A stretch of DNA of 64,000 bases from Malacoraja senta. Its lineage: Eukaryota. Below are positions 34,800 to 48,672 of this stretch, piece by piece. How positions within the stretch are numbered: the stretch's first letter is position 1; each line of letters starts with the position of its first letter. Both the position numbers and the translations under genes were made by a program. The DNA is taken from assembly GCA_038087875.1 (NCBI GenBank), contig CM075995.1:1738001-1802000 (forward strand), in the 5' to 3' direction. The notes under the pieces were generated by a model that saw nothing but the letters and a program-made list of their open reading frames with translations, was not told the origin of the DNA and made no database searches.

Positions 34800-35986
34800 T
34801 ACATAGAAACATAGAAAAATAGGTGCAGGAGTAGGCCATTCGGCCCTTCGAGCCTGCACACCCATTCAATATGATCATGGCTGATCATCCAACTCAGTAT
34901 CCTGTACCTGCCTTCTCTCCATACCCCCTGATACCTTTAGCCACAGGGGCCACATCTAACTCCCTCTTAAATATAGCCAATGAACTGGCCTCAACTACCT
35001 TCTGTGGCAGAGAATTCCAGAGATTCACCACTCTCTGTGAAAAAAATGTTTTATCTCGTCTCGGTCCTAAAAGATTTCCCCCTAATCCTTAAACTGTGAC
35101 CCCTTGTTCTGGACTTCCCCAACATCGGGAATAATCTTCCTGCATCTAGCCTGTCCAACCCCTTAAGAATTTTGTAAGTTTCTATAAGATCCCCCCTCAA
35201 TCTTCTAAATTCTAGCGAGTACAAGCCAAGTCTATCCAGTCTTTCTTCATATGAAAGTCCTGACATCCCAGGAATCAGTCTATGAACCTTCTCTGTACTC
35301 CCTCTATGGCAAGAATGTCCTTCCTCAGATTAGGAGACCAAAACTGTACGCAATACTCCAGGTGTGGTCTCACCAAGACCCTGTACAACTGCAGTAGAAC
35401 CTCCCTGCTCCTATACTCAGATCCTTTTGCTATGAATGCTAACATACCATTCGCTTTCTTCACTGCCTGCTGCACCTGCATGCCTACTTTCAATGACTGG
35501 TGTACCATGACCCCCAGGTCTCGTTGCATCTCCCCTTTCCCTAATCGGCTACCATTCAGATAATAGTCTACTTTCCTGTTTTTGCCACCAAAGTGGATAA
35601 CCTCACATTTATCCACATTATACTGCATCTGCCATGCATTTGCCCACTCACCCAGCCTATCCAAGTCATCTTGCAGCCTCCTAGCATCCTCCTCACAGCT
35701 AACACTGCCCCCCAGCTTCGTGTCATCCACAAACTTGGAGATGTCGCATTCAATTCCCTCGTCCAAATCATTAATATATATTGTAAATAGCTGGGGTCCC
35801 AGCACTGAGCCTTGCGGTACCCCACTAGTCACTGCCTGCCATTCTGAAAAGGACCCGTTTACTCCTACTCTTTGCTTCCTGTCTGCCAGCCAGTTCTCTA
35901 TCCACATCAATACTGAACCCCCAATACCGTGTGCTTTAAGTTTGTATACTAATCTCTTATGTGGGACCTTGTCGAAAGCCTTCTGA
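34800..35986 (-). mobile_element. CR1 LINE RT 3' half with 3' UTR
   Basis: QKAFDKVPH...GVPQGSVLGP...FVDDTKLGG...[13 protein letters not shown]. The (ATAGAAAC)n tail is seen on the plus strand. Confidence 0.92.
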
Positions 35987-36109
35987 ATTGTGCTTATAAT
36001 GGGAACCGAAGACAATGGCTTCAGTCTTAATAATATTTAAGTAATAATAAGCATTTGTTTAATGGTTAGATCCATTGCACCCACGACATTGTATTGTGAT
36101 GTGGTATTG

Positions 36110-36670
36110 TGTTCAGAGTATTGTGTTCAGTTCTGGGCATCATGTTATAGGAAAGATGTTGTCAAGCTGGGAAGAGTGCAGCGAAGATTTACGATGTTGC
36201 CAGGACGCGATGGGCCTGTGCTGCAGGGAGAGGTTGAGCAGGTGAGGAATATTCGTGGGAGCGCAGGAGGATGAGGATGAGGGCAGATCTGATAGAGGTG
36301 CACAAAATCATGAGAGGAATAGATCGAATAGACGCACAGAGTCTCTTGTCCAGAGTAGGGGAATCGAGAACCAGAGGACATAGGTTTAGGATGAGGGGGG
36401 AAAGATTTAATAGAACCTGAGGGATAACATTTACACGCCAAGGATGCTGGGTGTATGGAACGAGCTGCCAGAGGAGGTAATTGAGGCAGGGACAATCCCG
36501 TGGTTTAAGAAACAGTTAGACAGGTACATGGAAAGGATAGGTTTGGAGGGATATGGACCAAGCACAGGCAAATGGGACTAGTGTAGCTGGGACATTGTTG
36601 GCCAGTATGGGCAAGTTGGGCCGAAGGGCCTGTTTCCACACTGTATCACTTTATAACTATGATTCTATAA
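36110..36670 (+). mobile_element. CR1 LINE 3' fragment of a second subfamily (related copy about 39060-39640 minus)
   Basis: EYCVQFW...KLGRVQRRFT motif. 3' tail gggccgaagggcctgtttccacactgtatcact. Confidence 0.75.
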
Positions 36671-36879
36671 GGTCATAAGGCCATAAGGAATAGGAGTAGA
36701 ATTAGTCTATTCTATTTGGCCCATCAATTCTACTCTGCCATTCAATCATGGCTGATCTATCTCTCCCTCCTAACCCCATTCTCCTGCCTTCTTCCCATAA
36801 CCTCTGACACTCGTACCAATCAAGAATACATTACACAATTACATCATGTTTGGAATGGCTCATTAATACAAGTTAGCCA

Positions 36880-38660
36880 ATGAATGAATGAATGAATAAT
36901 GAATGAATGAATGAATGAATGAATGAATGAATAAGTTTCTTGGCCAAGTATTCACATACAAGGAATTTGCCTGATGCTCCGCCCACATGTGACAACATGA
37001 CATACAGTGACAGTTAAGAATGATACATAAAACATTAAACATTAATAATAAAACATTATTGATTAAACATGCGAATTAAATAAAATACCAGAGCAAAAGG
37101 ATGCTACAGATGTTTGGTTATTGAGTGGAGCTACTACTCGTGGAAAAAAACTGCTTTTATGTCTGGCTGTGGCGCCTTTGACAGTCCGGAGTCGCCTTCC
37201 AGAGGAAAGTGATTCTAAGAGTTTGTGGCCAGGGTGAGAGGGGTCAGAGATGATCTTACCCGCTCGCTTCCTGGCCCTTGCAGTGTACAGTTCATCAATG
37301 GAGGGAAGGTTGCAGCCATTAACCTTCTCAGCTGATCGGACGATTCGCTGCAGCCTTCGGATGTCGTGCTTGGTGGCTGAGCCAAACCAGACCATGATGG
37401 AGAAGGTGAGGACAGACTCTACGATGGCCATATACAATTGGACCATCATCGCCTGTGGCAGATTGTGCTTCCTCAGCTGCTGCAGGAAGTACATCCTCTG
37501 TTGTGCCTTTTTGACTGTGGAGTCGATGGTAGCCCCCCCACTTAAGGTCCTTGGAGATAATGGTTCCCAGGAACTTAAAAGACTCCACAGGTGTGACTGT
37601 GGTGTTGTTGATGGTGAGTTGGGTGAGGGGAGGGGGAGTTCTCCTAAAGTCTACAATCAATTCCACTGTCTTTAGATCATTGAGCTCCAGGTTGTTGCGA
37701 TGGCACCAGGACGCCAGCTGTGTCACTTCCTGTCTGTAGGCATATTCCTCCCCATCCTGGATCAGTCCAATCAGGGTTGTGTCGTCCGCAAACTTGAGAA
37801 GCTTGACAGAGGTGTCTGTGGAGGTGCAGTCAGTGGTGTAGAGAGAGTAGAGGAGAGGAGAGAGTATGCAGCCTTGCGGTGCTCCTATGCTGAGCATTTG
37901 TGGGTCCGAGATGTGCTTTCCCAGCCTCATATGCTGCTTCCTGTCTGTCAGGAAGCTGGTGATCCACTGACAGAGGGGTTCAGGCACAGTCAACTTGGAA
38001 AGTTTAGAGTGTACTAGCTCTGGCACAATGGTGTTGAATGCAGAGCTAAAATCAACAAACAGGATCCTCGCATAGGTCCCCTGGCGGTCTAGGTGCTGGA
38101 GGATGAAGTACAGGCCCAGGTTGACTGCATCATCCACAGATCTATTGGCCCGATATGCAAACTGCAGAGGGTCCAGCAGGGGGTTCGTGATATTTTTCAG
38201 CTTGGCCAGCGCAAGCCTTTTAAGGGCCTTCATGACTACAGAGGTCAGTGCGCCAGGCCTGTAGTCATTAAGACCAGTAATCCTTGCCTTTTGGGGACAA
38301 TAGTGGAAACTTTGAAGCAGGCAGGGACAGTACAGGTTTGCAGGGACTGGTTGAAACTGTCTGTGTAGACTGGTGCTAGTTGTTCGGCACAGAGCTTGAG
38401 AGTAGAGGGGGAAACATTGTCCGGTCCTGGAGATTTCCGGCTTTTCTGTCTTCTGAAAAGCCTCTCCACCTCCTCTATTTTTATTGTTGAAGATGGAGAA
38501 GTGATGTTGTGCAGCACGGAGGGTGTGGGTAATTGGGTGTGAAGTGGTGATTGGAGAGTGGTTGGTGGGAAAGGGTCCAGTCTTTTCAGACTGGAGTCTT
38601 GCTTTAAGTAGATGTGAAGTGGTGAATGGGGAGGAGTGGGTGCAGAAGGGTCCAATCGGA
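36880..38660 (-). mobile_element. Rex1/Babar-like LINE, 5'-truncated and frameshifted
   Basis: LDPLQFAYRANRSVDDA, ILFVDFSSAFNTI, GAPQGCILSPLLY and KFADDTT. (ATTC)n 3' tail at 36880-36935. Confidence 0.85.
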
Positions 38661-40209
38661 TGATTACAATCGAGCCATTTGCCGTGTATAGACGACACAT
38701 GATAAGATAATAACATTTAGTGCAAGGTAAAGCCAGCCAAGTCCGGTCAAGGATAGCGTGAGGGTGACCAATGAGGTAGATAGTAGTTCAGCATTGCTCT
38801 CTGGTTGTAGACGGATATAGATCATGCGCAGGCAAATGAGATCAGTTGATCTTGGCATCATGTTTGGCACAAACACTGTGGTCCCAATGGCCTTGTTCTG
38901 TGCTGTGCTGTGTTCTACGTTCAATGCCATCTCTCTCCAACTTTAACCAGCTGACGTCTTGAGTAATTACACATGACAATAAACTAAACTGAACTCTTTT
39001 CATGAAGAATGGAGGGGGTCAAAATAGAAATGAGGAAGAGCAAATGGACAAGTGCACATGTGATAGAGTCATAGAGTCACAGAGTGATACAGTGTGGAAA
39101 CAGGCCCTTCGGCCCAACTCGCCCACACCGGCCAACAATGTCCCAGCTACCCAAGTCCCACTTGCCTGCGCTTGGTCCACAACCCTCAAAACCTGTCCTA
39201 TCCATGTACCTGTCCAACTGTTTCTTAAACGACGGGATAGTCCCAGCCACAACTACTTCCTCCGGCAGCTTGTTCCATACACCCGACACCCTGTGTGTGA
39301 AAAAGTCACCCCTCGGATTCCCATTAAATCTTTTCCCCTTCACCTTGAAGCTATGTCCTCTGGTCCTCGATTCCCCCACTCTGGGTTAAAAGACTCTGTG
39401 CATCTACCTGATCTATTCCTCTCATGATGTTGTACACCTCTATAAGATCTCCCCTCATCCTCCTACGCTCCATGGAACAGAGATTCAGCCTACTCAACCT
39501 CTCCCTATAGCTCACACCCTCTAGCTCACACCCTCTAGTCCTGGCAACATCCTCGTAAATCTTGTCTGAACCCTTTCAAGCTTGACAATATCTTTCCCAT
39601 AACATGGTGCCCAGAATTGGACACAATATTCTAAATGCGGAGTGAGCGGAGGTTAGTGCGAGCATGACGGGAATAGACAGAGTAAACGCACAGTTTTTAC
39701 CCAGAGCAGTGGAATCAAGAACCAGATCACATAGGTTTAAGGTAAGAGGGGAAAGATTTATTAGGTACCACACAGAGGGTAGTGTTTGTACCGAGGGAGC
39801 TGCTAGAGGAGGTAGTTGAGGCAGGTACAATAACAACATTTAAAAGACATTTGGACGGACATGGATAGGAAAGGTTTGGAGGGATACGGGCCAAACAGGA
39901 GGAGGTGGGACAAGCGTAGATAGAAACACAGAAAATAGGTGCAGGAGTAGGCCATTCGGCCCTTCGAGCCAGCACCGCATTCAACATGATCATGGCTGAT
40001 CATCCAGAATCAGTACCCCATTCCTGCTTTCTCCCCATATCCCTTGGTTCCGTTTGCCCGAAGAGCTAAATCTAACTCTCTCTTGAATACTGGATGGAGC
40101 ATCTTGATCAGCATGGGCAAGTTGGGCCGAAGGGCCTGTTTACGCGCCGTATTACTCTATAACGCCATATCTAAGCCTATGCTTGTACGAGGTCTGTGAA
40201 GCAAATCAA

Positions 40210-40725
40210 CGGAGACATAAAGCAGGAGTAACTCAGCGGGACAGGCAGCATCTCTGGAGAAAAGGAATAGGTGACGTTTTGGGTCGAGACCCTTCTTCAG
40301 ACTGAGAGTGTGGGGAGAGGGAAACTGGAGGTATGAAAAGGTACAGAACAAATCAGAGCCGGCACCGATGGCCAAAGAGCCCACAATGGTCCATTGTTGG
40401 GTGTGGAGGAGGTGTTGAGAGGGGGAGTCCAAGAGGAGGGGGACCGGTGGAGAAGGGGTCGTCGCAGGCTGGTGAGGACTCCTTCCCATAGCAGGGAGCG
40501 AGGGTGCAGCAGAACTTCTGTCGGAGAGAGGAGGAGAACGTCTTCAAAGTAGGCGTATCTTGAGGAGATTTCGCAGTGGAGCAGACGAATTGTGTAGGAA
40601 GGAACTGCAGATGCTGGTTCACATCGGAGGTAGACACAAAAAGCTGGAGTAACTCAGCGGGACAGGCAGCATCTCTGGAGAGAAGGAATGGGCGACGTTT
40701 CGTGTCGAGACCCTTCCTCAGACTG
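40210..40725 (-). mobile_element. Internally deleted PLE derivative with two direct pLTRs
   Basis: On the minus strand: pLTR plus tail, then a short unique leader, then YGKESSPACDDPFS (homologous to the PLE ORF), then a second pLTR. Confidence 0.6.
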
Positions 40726-40727
40726 AA

Positions 40728-41296
40728 AGGCCTGTCTCACGAGTCTGCGGTCATTGGCGGCGAAACGGGAAGAATCTACCGCTCCTGGGCCGCCATAGAC
40801 CGCGCACTCGGTCAAACGCACAATTCCGGGGGCGTGCAGCGTTGTTCCCAACACCGCACGGTGCTAAAATAAAACCAACACTGTTCAAAAATATGTCCCT
40901 ACCGCACAGCCTCCGCCAGTGAGGCACGAGTGCGGCACGGCCGCCGGCAGTGTGGCTCGAGCGCCGTGCGTCGAACTTGCCCCGACACAGCCTCCGCTAG
41001 TGAGTCACGTGTGCGGCACGGCCGCCGCCACAGCCACCGCTACAGCGCCGCGATCAGGACGGCCGCCGCCACGGCCCTGCAGATCCAAAATGACGTCATC
41101 GCAGTCGGCCCGCCCTTTTTTTTAACTTACCGCAAGCACGTGGGACCAGCCGTATTTAAATCACTTGGCCCCCGCGCAGCATCCGTGCGGTGCTCCCGTG
41201 GCATAGGCTCGGCGCTCTCGCCGTTGCCATGCGGTCCACTCTACAGGCGAAGCCGCGCTTCACCGCCGATGACCGCAACACCGTAAGACAGAGCCT
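40728..41296. mobile_element. CpG-rich MITE with Harbinger-like TIRs
   Basis: Ends aggcctgtctcacg / cgtaagacagagcct form an imperfect TIR pair. It interrupts a pLTR. Confidence 0.6.
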
Positions 41297-41339
41297 TTAG
41301 TGTCAGGGGAGAGGGAGACACAGAGTTATGGAAGGGTTA

Positions 41340-41703
41340 AGGGCCTGTCCCACGGGCATGCGACTCCATGCGGCAAGCGCGACCTAACCGCAAGCGGGGG
41401 CCGTGCGGGGTCCGCGCGGAGGTCGCGGGGCCGGTCCCACTTCGATCGCCGGAGCCGTATGGAGTTGTGCGGAGCTGGTCCCGACATCGCGCACATGTGC
41501 ACACCACCTCACCGCCGTACGCACCGTCTTGACGTCACTCGACCTTCGCGCGGCCCCCGCTTCCGATTTGGTAGCGCTTGCCGCATGCAGCCGCATGCTG
41601 GTGGGACCGGCCCTGTACAGGGATCACTCGACCTCCGCGCGGCCCCCGCTTGCGGTTAGGTCGCGCTTGCCGCATGGAGTCGCATGCCCGTGGGACAGGC
41701 CCT
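41340..41703. mobile_element. PIF/Harbinger-type MITE with 64-bp perfect TIRs
   Basis: 41340-41403 is the exact reverse complement of 41640-41703. Flanked by tta and taa. Confidence 0.85.
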
Positions 41704-42139
41704 TAAGGCGTGAAAACAAGAGATGAAAGGGGACGAAGGTCAAGGAAGATGTAGGATGGATCATTGCTAGCCGAGGGAAAGGTGACAACGGTGACATACG
41801 ATCAGTAAAATATAATCAGGGGGACAGTGAAACTAGTCGGAGAACTAGCATGGGGAGGGACGGAGACAGAGAGGAAAGCAAGGGTTACTTGTTTAGAGAA
41901 GTCAAGGTCAAGGAAAATGTAGAATAGACAATAGACAATAGACAATAGGTGCAGGAGTAGGCCATTCGGCCCTTCGTGCCAGCACCGCCATTCAATGTGA
42001 TCATGGCTGATCATCCCCAATCAATATCTCGTTCCTGCCTTCTCCCCATATCCCCTGACTCTGCTATCTTTAAGAGAATGGATCATTGTTAGCTCGGAGA
42101 AGGTAACAACAAAGCAAACATGGATAAAATGTAGTCGGA

Positions 42140-42360
42140 GACAGTAAGACTGGTCAGAGAACTGGGAAGGGGGAGGGATGGAGAGAGGGGGAAAAGCAAG
42201 GGTTACTTGAAGTTAGAGAAGTCAATGTTCATACCGCTGGGGTGTAAGCTGCACAAGCGAAATATGAGGTGCTGTTCCTCCAATTTGCGCTGGGTCTCAT
42301 TCTGATAATGGAGGAGGCCCAGGACAGAAAGGTCAGTGTAGGAATGGGAGGGGGGAGTTA
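42140..42360 (-). mobile_element. PLE GIY-YIG C-terminal fragment (related pieces at about 46700-46900 and 51020-51230 plus)
   Basis: SHSYTDLSVLGLLH...RKLEEQHLIFRL...GMNIDFSNFK matches the end of the intact PLE ORF. Confidence 0.8.
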
Positions 42361-42419
42361 AAAGTGTTATCGGAATACGGGAGCAACTCATCCTCAACCC
42401 CGAGGGTCTGCCTGAGAAG

Positions 42420-43165
42420 GAGAAACAGATTATTATCTCAATGGGGTTAGGTTAGGTAAGGGGGAGGTGCAGCGAGACCTGGGTGTCCTTGTACTGAAGT
42501 TGGCTTACAGGTACAGCAGGCAGTGAAGAAAGCTAATGGAATGTTGGCCTTCATAACAAGAGGATTTCAGTATAGGAGTAAAGAGGTTCTTCTGCAGTTG
42601 TATAGGGCTCTGGTGAGACCACATCTGGAGTATTGTGTACAGTTTTGGTCTCCTAATTTGAGGAAGGACATCCTTGTGATTGAGGCAGTGCAGCGTAGGT
42701 TCACAAGATTGATCCCTGGGATGGCAGGACTGTCATATGAGGAAAGATTGAAAAGACTAGGCTTGTATTCACTGGAGTTTAGAAGGATGAGGGGATCTTA
42801 TAGAAATATATAAAATTATAAAAGGACTGGACAAGCTAGATGCAGGAAAAATGTTCCCAATGTTGGGCGAGTCCAGAACCAGGGGCCACAGTCTTAGAAT
42901 AAAGGGGAGGTCATTTATGACTGGGATGAGAAAACACTTTTTCACCCAGAGAGTTGTGAATTTATGGAATTCCCTGCCACAGAGGCAGTGGAGGCCAAGT
43001 CACTGGATGGATTTAAGAGAGAGTTAGATAGAGCTCTAGGGCTAGTGGAGTCAAGGGATATGGGGAGAAGGCAGGCATGGGTTATTGATAGGAGACGATC
43101 AGCCATGATCACAATGAATGGCGGTGCTGGCTCGAAGGCCGAATGGCCTCCTCCTGCACTTATTT
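42420..43165 (+). mobile_element. CR1 LINE 3' fragment
   Basis: KKANGMLAFI...[13 protein letters not shown] motif and CR1 3' UTR. Confidence 0.88.
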
Positions 43166-43850
43166 TCTCTGTTTCTATGTTTCTAAACGTTCACCAAGTG
43201 GATAATCTACACCACAATCAATATAATAAATAATGCATAGATTTGATTAAAATTGGCCGTTTCCAGATGAGTCTTTTCATACCTCAGGTGAGCGAGCGTT
43301 CATCATGGCAATACGTTGCAGTGCCGCTGCAACGAGGGGCTTTGTGAGGTTTTCCATAACGAGCACAGGTTAAATGCAATTAGCTCGATTTGACGCGCCG
43401 ACAGCAGAAATCGCCATCTCCCGTTAAATTCTGCTGCAGTGCTCGGAAGACAAGGGGGAAAATATTTACAGCCACAATGTCACAGCGAATGTGAAGCAGC
43501 TCTTTGTGTGGGCAGGAACTGCAGGTGCTGGTTTACACCGAAGATAGACACCAAGAGCTGGAGTAACTCAGCGGGGACAGGCAGCATCGCTGGAGCGAAG
43601 GAGTGGGCGACGGTTCGAGTTGAGACCCTTCTTCAGACTCTTTCCTGAAATGTACTGCATTCTTTTTTATAATGCTTGAATGAATGAGTAATGAATGAAT
43701 GAGTGAATGAATGAATGAATGAATGAGTGAGTGAATGAATGAGTGAATGAATGAGTGAATGAATGAGTGAATGGGTGAATGGTGACAAAATTAATCTAGA
43801 ACTCTAAAAGCCTGTTGTTGGGCACAACTGGGACATAAATATAGAATACA

Positions 43851-44155
43851 GGGCGGCATGGTGGCGCAGCGGTAGAGTTGCTGCCTTTACAGCGCCAGAG
43901 ACCCGGGTTTGATCCGACTATGGGTTCTGTCTGTACGGAGTTTGCACGCTCTCCCCGTGACCTGCGTGTGTTTTCTCCGAGACCTTCGGTTTCCTCCCAC
44001 ACTCCAAAGACGTACGTGTTTCGTAGGTCAATTGGCTTGGTGTAAATGTCAATTGTCCCTAGTATGGTGTTTGTGTGCGGGGATCGCTGGTCAGTGCGGG
44101 CTCGGTGGGCTGAAGGGCCTGTTTCCGCGCTGTTTCTCTGAAACGAAAACTTAAA
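43851..44155 (+). mobile_element. tRNA-derived SINE (HE1/V-SINE-like)
   Basis: gggcggcatggtggcgcagcggtagag head, and the body and tail shared with other copies. Confidence 0.8.
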
Positions 44156-44778
44156 AAAATAATCCTCGACTTTCAGTCTGAAAATCGTCTTTTCCGAGTC
44201 GATGGGTTAGATGAGAGGAAACCAACCAAACATGAATGGAAACAAAGAAATCCTTATCGTGCAAAATGCATATTTGACACCCACATATTATTATTTTTTG
44301 AGAAATACGCCAAACAATAGCACCTTGTTTCTGTGCGGCGTATTTTTATTTCTTCTCTCTGTCATATAGTATCAATTAATCAATCAATTAAACGGTGTAA
44401 GAAGGAACTGCAGGGGCTGGTTTACACCGAAGATGGACATAAAGTGCTGGAATAATGCAGAGGGTTAGGCAGCATCTCCAGAGAACAAGGAATAGGTGAC
44501 ATATCCGGAGGAGACCCTACTCCAGAATGGGAGTCAATAGACAATAGGTGCAGGAGTAGGCCCTTCGAGCCAGCACCCACCATTCAATGTGATCATTGCT
44601 GATCATCCCCAATCAGTACCCGGACAGAGTCAGGAGTTTCCTTTGGAGGAAAAGGAATAGGTGACGTTTTGGTACGAGACCCATCTTTAGACTCAGAGTG
44701 AGGAGAAGGGAAACGAGAGATACATTGTTTTACGTTTAGCATATCTGTCATTCATTTGTTCTACAGTATGTTCCACAG

Positions 44779-45433
44779 AGGGCCTGCCCCGCTTAGGCGA
44801 TTTTTTAGGCGACTGCCGGCGACAGCCACAGTCGTAGCGGGACGCCAAAATGGACCCACCCTACGACAATCTCTACGGCAAGCCGCCACCTAGTCGACGT
44901 CACGCTACGACAGGCTACGTCAACCGGCGAGGCAATTCTTCGTGACTTTGGACATCCACCTACGACCACACCTACGACAACCACGACCACACCTGCGACC
45001 ACCTTCAACCACACAGGCGACAACCTACGACAACCGAAATCAACCTACGTCCACCCGCGACAAGCTACGACAAGCCACGACCTGTCGGCAACAAATGAAG
45101 GCAACTGAAGACTTCACTTGACGCCGGTACCTGTCGCCAGTTGACGTAGGATGACGTAGGTTGTCGTCAATGGAATTCACCGAGGTCATCACCTGGCGTC
45201 ATCCTGGCGACAATCTACGACAGCACCGACGTCAGGAGACGAAGGCAACGTCAAGGCCACTGTCGATGAAAGGTTTCGAACATTTCAAAATCCAGCAGCG
45301 ACAAGAAAAAAGTTACGACACTTGAGGAGACGACTCACGACAATACAGGTGCCACCCCGCGTCATCCCGCGACCATGTGGCCACAGCTTATTTCCGGCTG
45401 TCGCCAAAAAATTGCCTAAGTGGGACAGGCCCT
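44779..45433. mobile_element. PIF/Harbinger-type MITE with internal (c)ctacgaca repeats
   Basis: TIRs agggcctgccccgcttaggcgatttttt / aaaaaattgcctaagtgggacaggccct. Confidence 0.75.
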
Positions 45434-45815
45434 TATATCTCTGTGTTTCCCTCTCCCCTGACTTCAGTCTGAAGAAGGGTCTCGACCCGAAACGTTGCCT
45501 ATTCCTTCTCTCCAGAGATGCTGCCCGTCCCACTGAGTTACTCCAGCATTTTGTGCCCTTCTTTGTATCATTTAAACACCCGTTCTGGGTGTAGAGTAGC
45601 AGTGATCTGAAGTGTGGGACAAGCAGCGGAGTTCCCAGCGAGGGTGGATCAGTGTGTAGGAAGCAACTGCAGATACTGGTTTACACCGAAGGTAGACACA
45701 AAATACTGGAGTAACTCTGCGGGTCAGGCAGCATCTCTGGAGAGAAGGAATGGGTGACGTTTTGGTTGGAGATCCTTCTTCAGACTGAGAGTCAGGAAAG
45801 GTGTGGATTACGTTG

Positions 45816-45881
<66 letters not shown>

Positions 45882-48127
45882 ATAGAGTCATAGAGTGATA
45901 CAGCATGGAAAACAGGCCCTTCGGCCCAACTCGTTATACCCGGCCAACGTGTCCCAGCTACACTGGTCCCACCTGCCTGTGTTTGGCCCATATCCCTCCA
46001 AACCTGTCCTTCCATGTACCTGTCTAACTGTTTCTCAACTACCTCCTCTGGCAGCTCATTCCATACACCCACCACCCTTTGTGTGAAAAAGTTACCTCTC
46101 AGATTCCTATTAAATCTTTTCCCCTTCACCTTAAACCTATGTCCTTGGTCCTCGATTTCAAGAGAGAGTTAGATTTAGCTCTTTGGCAAAGGGAATCAAG
46201 GGATATGGGGGAAAAGCGGAATGGGGTACTGATTTTCGATAATTAGCTATGATCATATTGAATGGCGGTGCTGGCTCGAAGGGCCAAATGGCCTACTCCT
46301 GCATGTATTTTCTATGTTACTCTGGGCAAGAGACTCTACTCGATCTATTCCACTCAGGATTTTATACACCTGTGTAAGATCACCACTTATCCTCCCGCGC
46401 TCCAAGGAATCGAGTCCCAGCCTGCTCAACCTCTCCCTCTCACTCAGCTCAGGCCCTCGTTCCCTGGAAACATCCTCGTAAATCTTCTCTGATTGGGAGG
46501 GGGAGTGAATAAAAGGACTGCAGCTATTCTGGAAGTACAATGCGATCAATTAGCAGGAACCGTGAAAGAATTGCCCACCTCTGCAGCTTGCAGTTGTCAC
46601 GTCCAGGCTAACACTTCCACACTTCCTACACACACTGACACTTACACACTTGCACTGCCCCTCGTCACACCCATTCTGGACTAAAACCGCAGTCATCACT
46701 TTAAATCCCCCTCCCATCCCACACTGACCTTTCTGTCCTGGGCCTCCTCCACTGTCAGAGTGAGGCCAAACGCATATTGGAGGAGCAGCACCTCACATTT
46801 CGCTTGGGCAGCTTACAACCCCAGGGGTATGAATTCTGATTTCTCTAACTTCAAGTAACCCTTGCTTTCCCTCTCTCTCTCCGTCCCCATCCAGCTAGTT
46901 TCACTGTCCTTCTGATTAATTTAACTGATTGTGTGACTCTTGTAACCTTCCCCTTAGAAACATAGAAACATAGAAAATAGGTGCAGGAGTAGGCCATTCG
47001 GCCCTTCGAGCCTGCACCGCCATTCAATATGATCATGGCTGATCATCCAACTCAGGATCCTGTACCTGCCTTCTCTCCATACCCCTGATCCCTTTAGCCA
47101 CAAGGGCCACATCTAACTCCCTCTTAAATATAGCCAAAGAACTGGCCTCAACTACCTTCTGTGGCAGAGAATGCCACAGATTCACCACTCTCTGTGTGAA
47201 TTCTAAGGGTCTCGACCCGAAACATCACCTATTCCTTTTCTCCAGAGAGGCTGTCTGACCCGCTAAGTAACTCCAACATGTTGCGTCTGTCTTCGGTTTA
47301 AACCAGCATCTGCATTTCCTTCCTACACGAAACGCCACCTATTCCTTTTTCTCTCCAGAGCTGCTGCCTGTCCCGCTGAGTTACTCCAGCATTTTGTGTC
47401 TATCTTCGGTATAAACCAGCATCTGCAGTTCCTACTTTTACACCTGGTCCCAGGTACCTGTGTCCGACTAGTTATGTCCTGGCTGTGGCTGCACACATTT
47501 CCTACATCCAGACTAATTCAGGAGAAGGAACAAGGTTTGACATTTAAAACGAGAGCCTTTGAAATGAGAGCGACTGCAACAAAACACACGTGTAGGGAGG
47601 AACTGCAGGTGCTGGTTTAAAGATATCTGCAGTTCCTTCCTACACATTGAACCATTCTACATTTGCCTATCACCGTCTGCTTCGAACTGCCCGTTTTCAG
47701 ATTCAGATTCAGATTCAGATTTATTGTCACATGCATCATGAAACTACAGCGATATTTGAGTTACCATGCAGCCATACAATTAAAAGAACGCTAGACCTTA
47801 ACATACACATCCACCACAGTGATCACTGTGATGGAAGGCAGTAAAGTTCCTCCTTTTGTTCACCCGTGGTCGGGGCCTTGACCCTCCGCAGTCGCCGTTA
47901 CGGACGGCCCGATGTACCAGTCCTCTCGTCGGGATGACCGCAGCTCCGACGTTGGGACGGACGGAACACACATTGCGGCTTCGCCTGCCCGAATGGGCCA
48001 CTTTCACACCTTAGCCCTCCATAGCTCTGTCTCCCTCTCCCCTAACTCGCAGTGTGAAGAAGGGTCTCGACCCAAAATGTCACCCATTCAGACCCCCCTT
48101 CCCCCCCTCCCCTGTCCCCATACTGCC

Positions 48128-48672
48128 TTGCTACACACCCTGACACTTGCACACTTGCACACTTGCTAAACACCCTGACACTAACACACTTGTTACATAT
48201 TCTGACACACACTTGCTACGCATCCTGATAGTTACACACTTGCTACACACCCTGGCATGTACACACTTGTTACACACCCTGACACTTACACACATGTTAC
48301 ACACCCGACACTTACGCAGTTGCTACATACCCTGATACTCACACAATTGCTACACACCCTGACACTTACACACTTGTTACACACCCTGACACTTACACAC
48401 TTGTTACACAACCTGACACTTACACATTTGTTACACAACCTGACACTTACACACTTGTTACACACCCGACACTTACACACTTGTTACACACCCTGGCACT
48501 TACACACTTGTTACACACCCTGACACTTACATACTTGTTACACCCCTGACACTTACACACTTGCTGCACACCCTGACACTTACACACTTGTTACACACCC
48601 TGACACTTACACACTTGTTACACACCCTGACACTTACACATTTGCTACACACCTTGACACTTACACACTTAC
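48128..48672 (+). repeat. 27-bp minisatellite (ttgttacacaccctgacacttacacac)n, copy A
   Basis: 9-aa periodicity (LLHTLTLTH) in the translations and visible tandem units. Confidence 0.92.
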
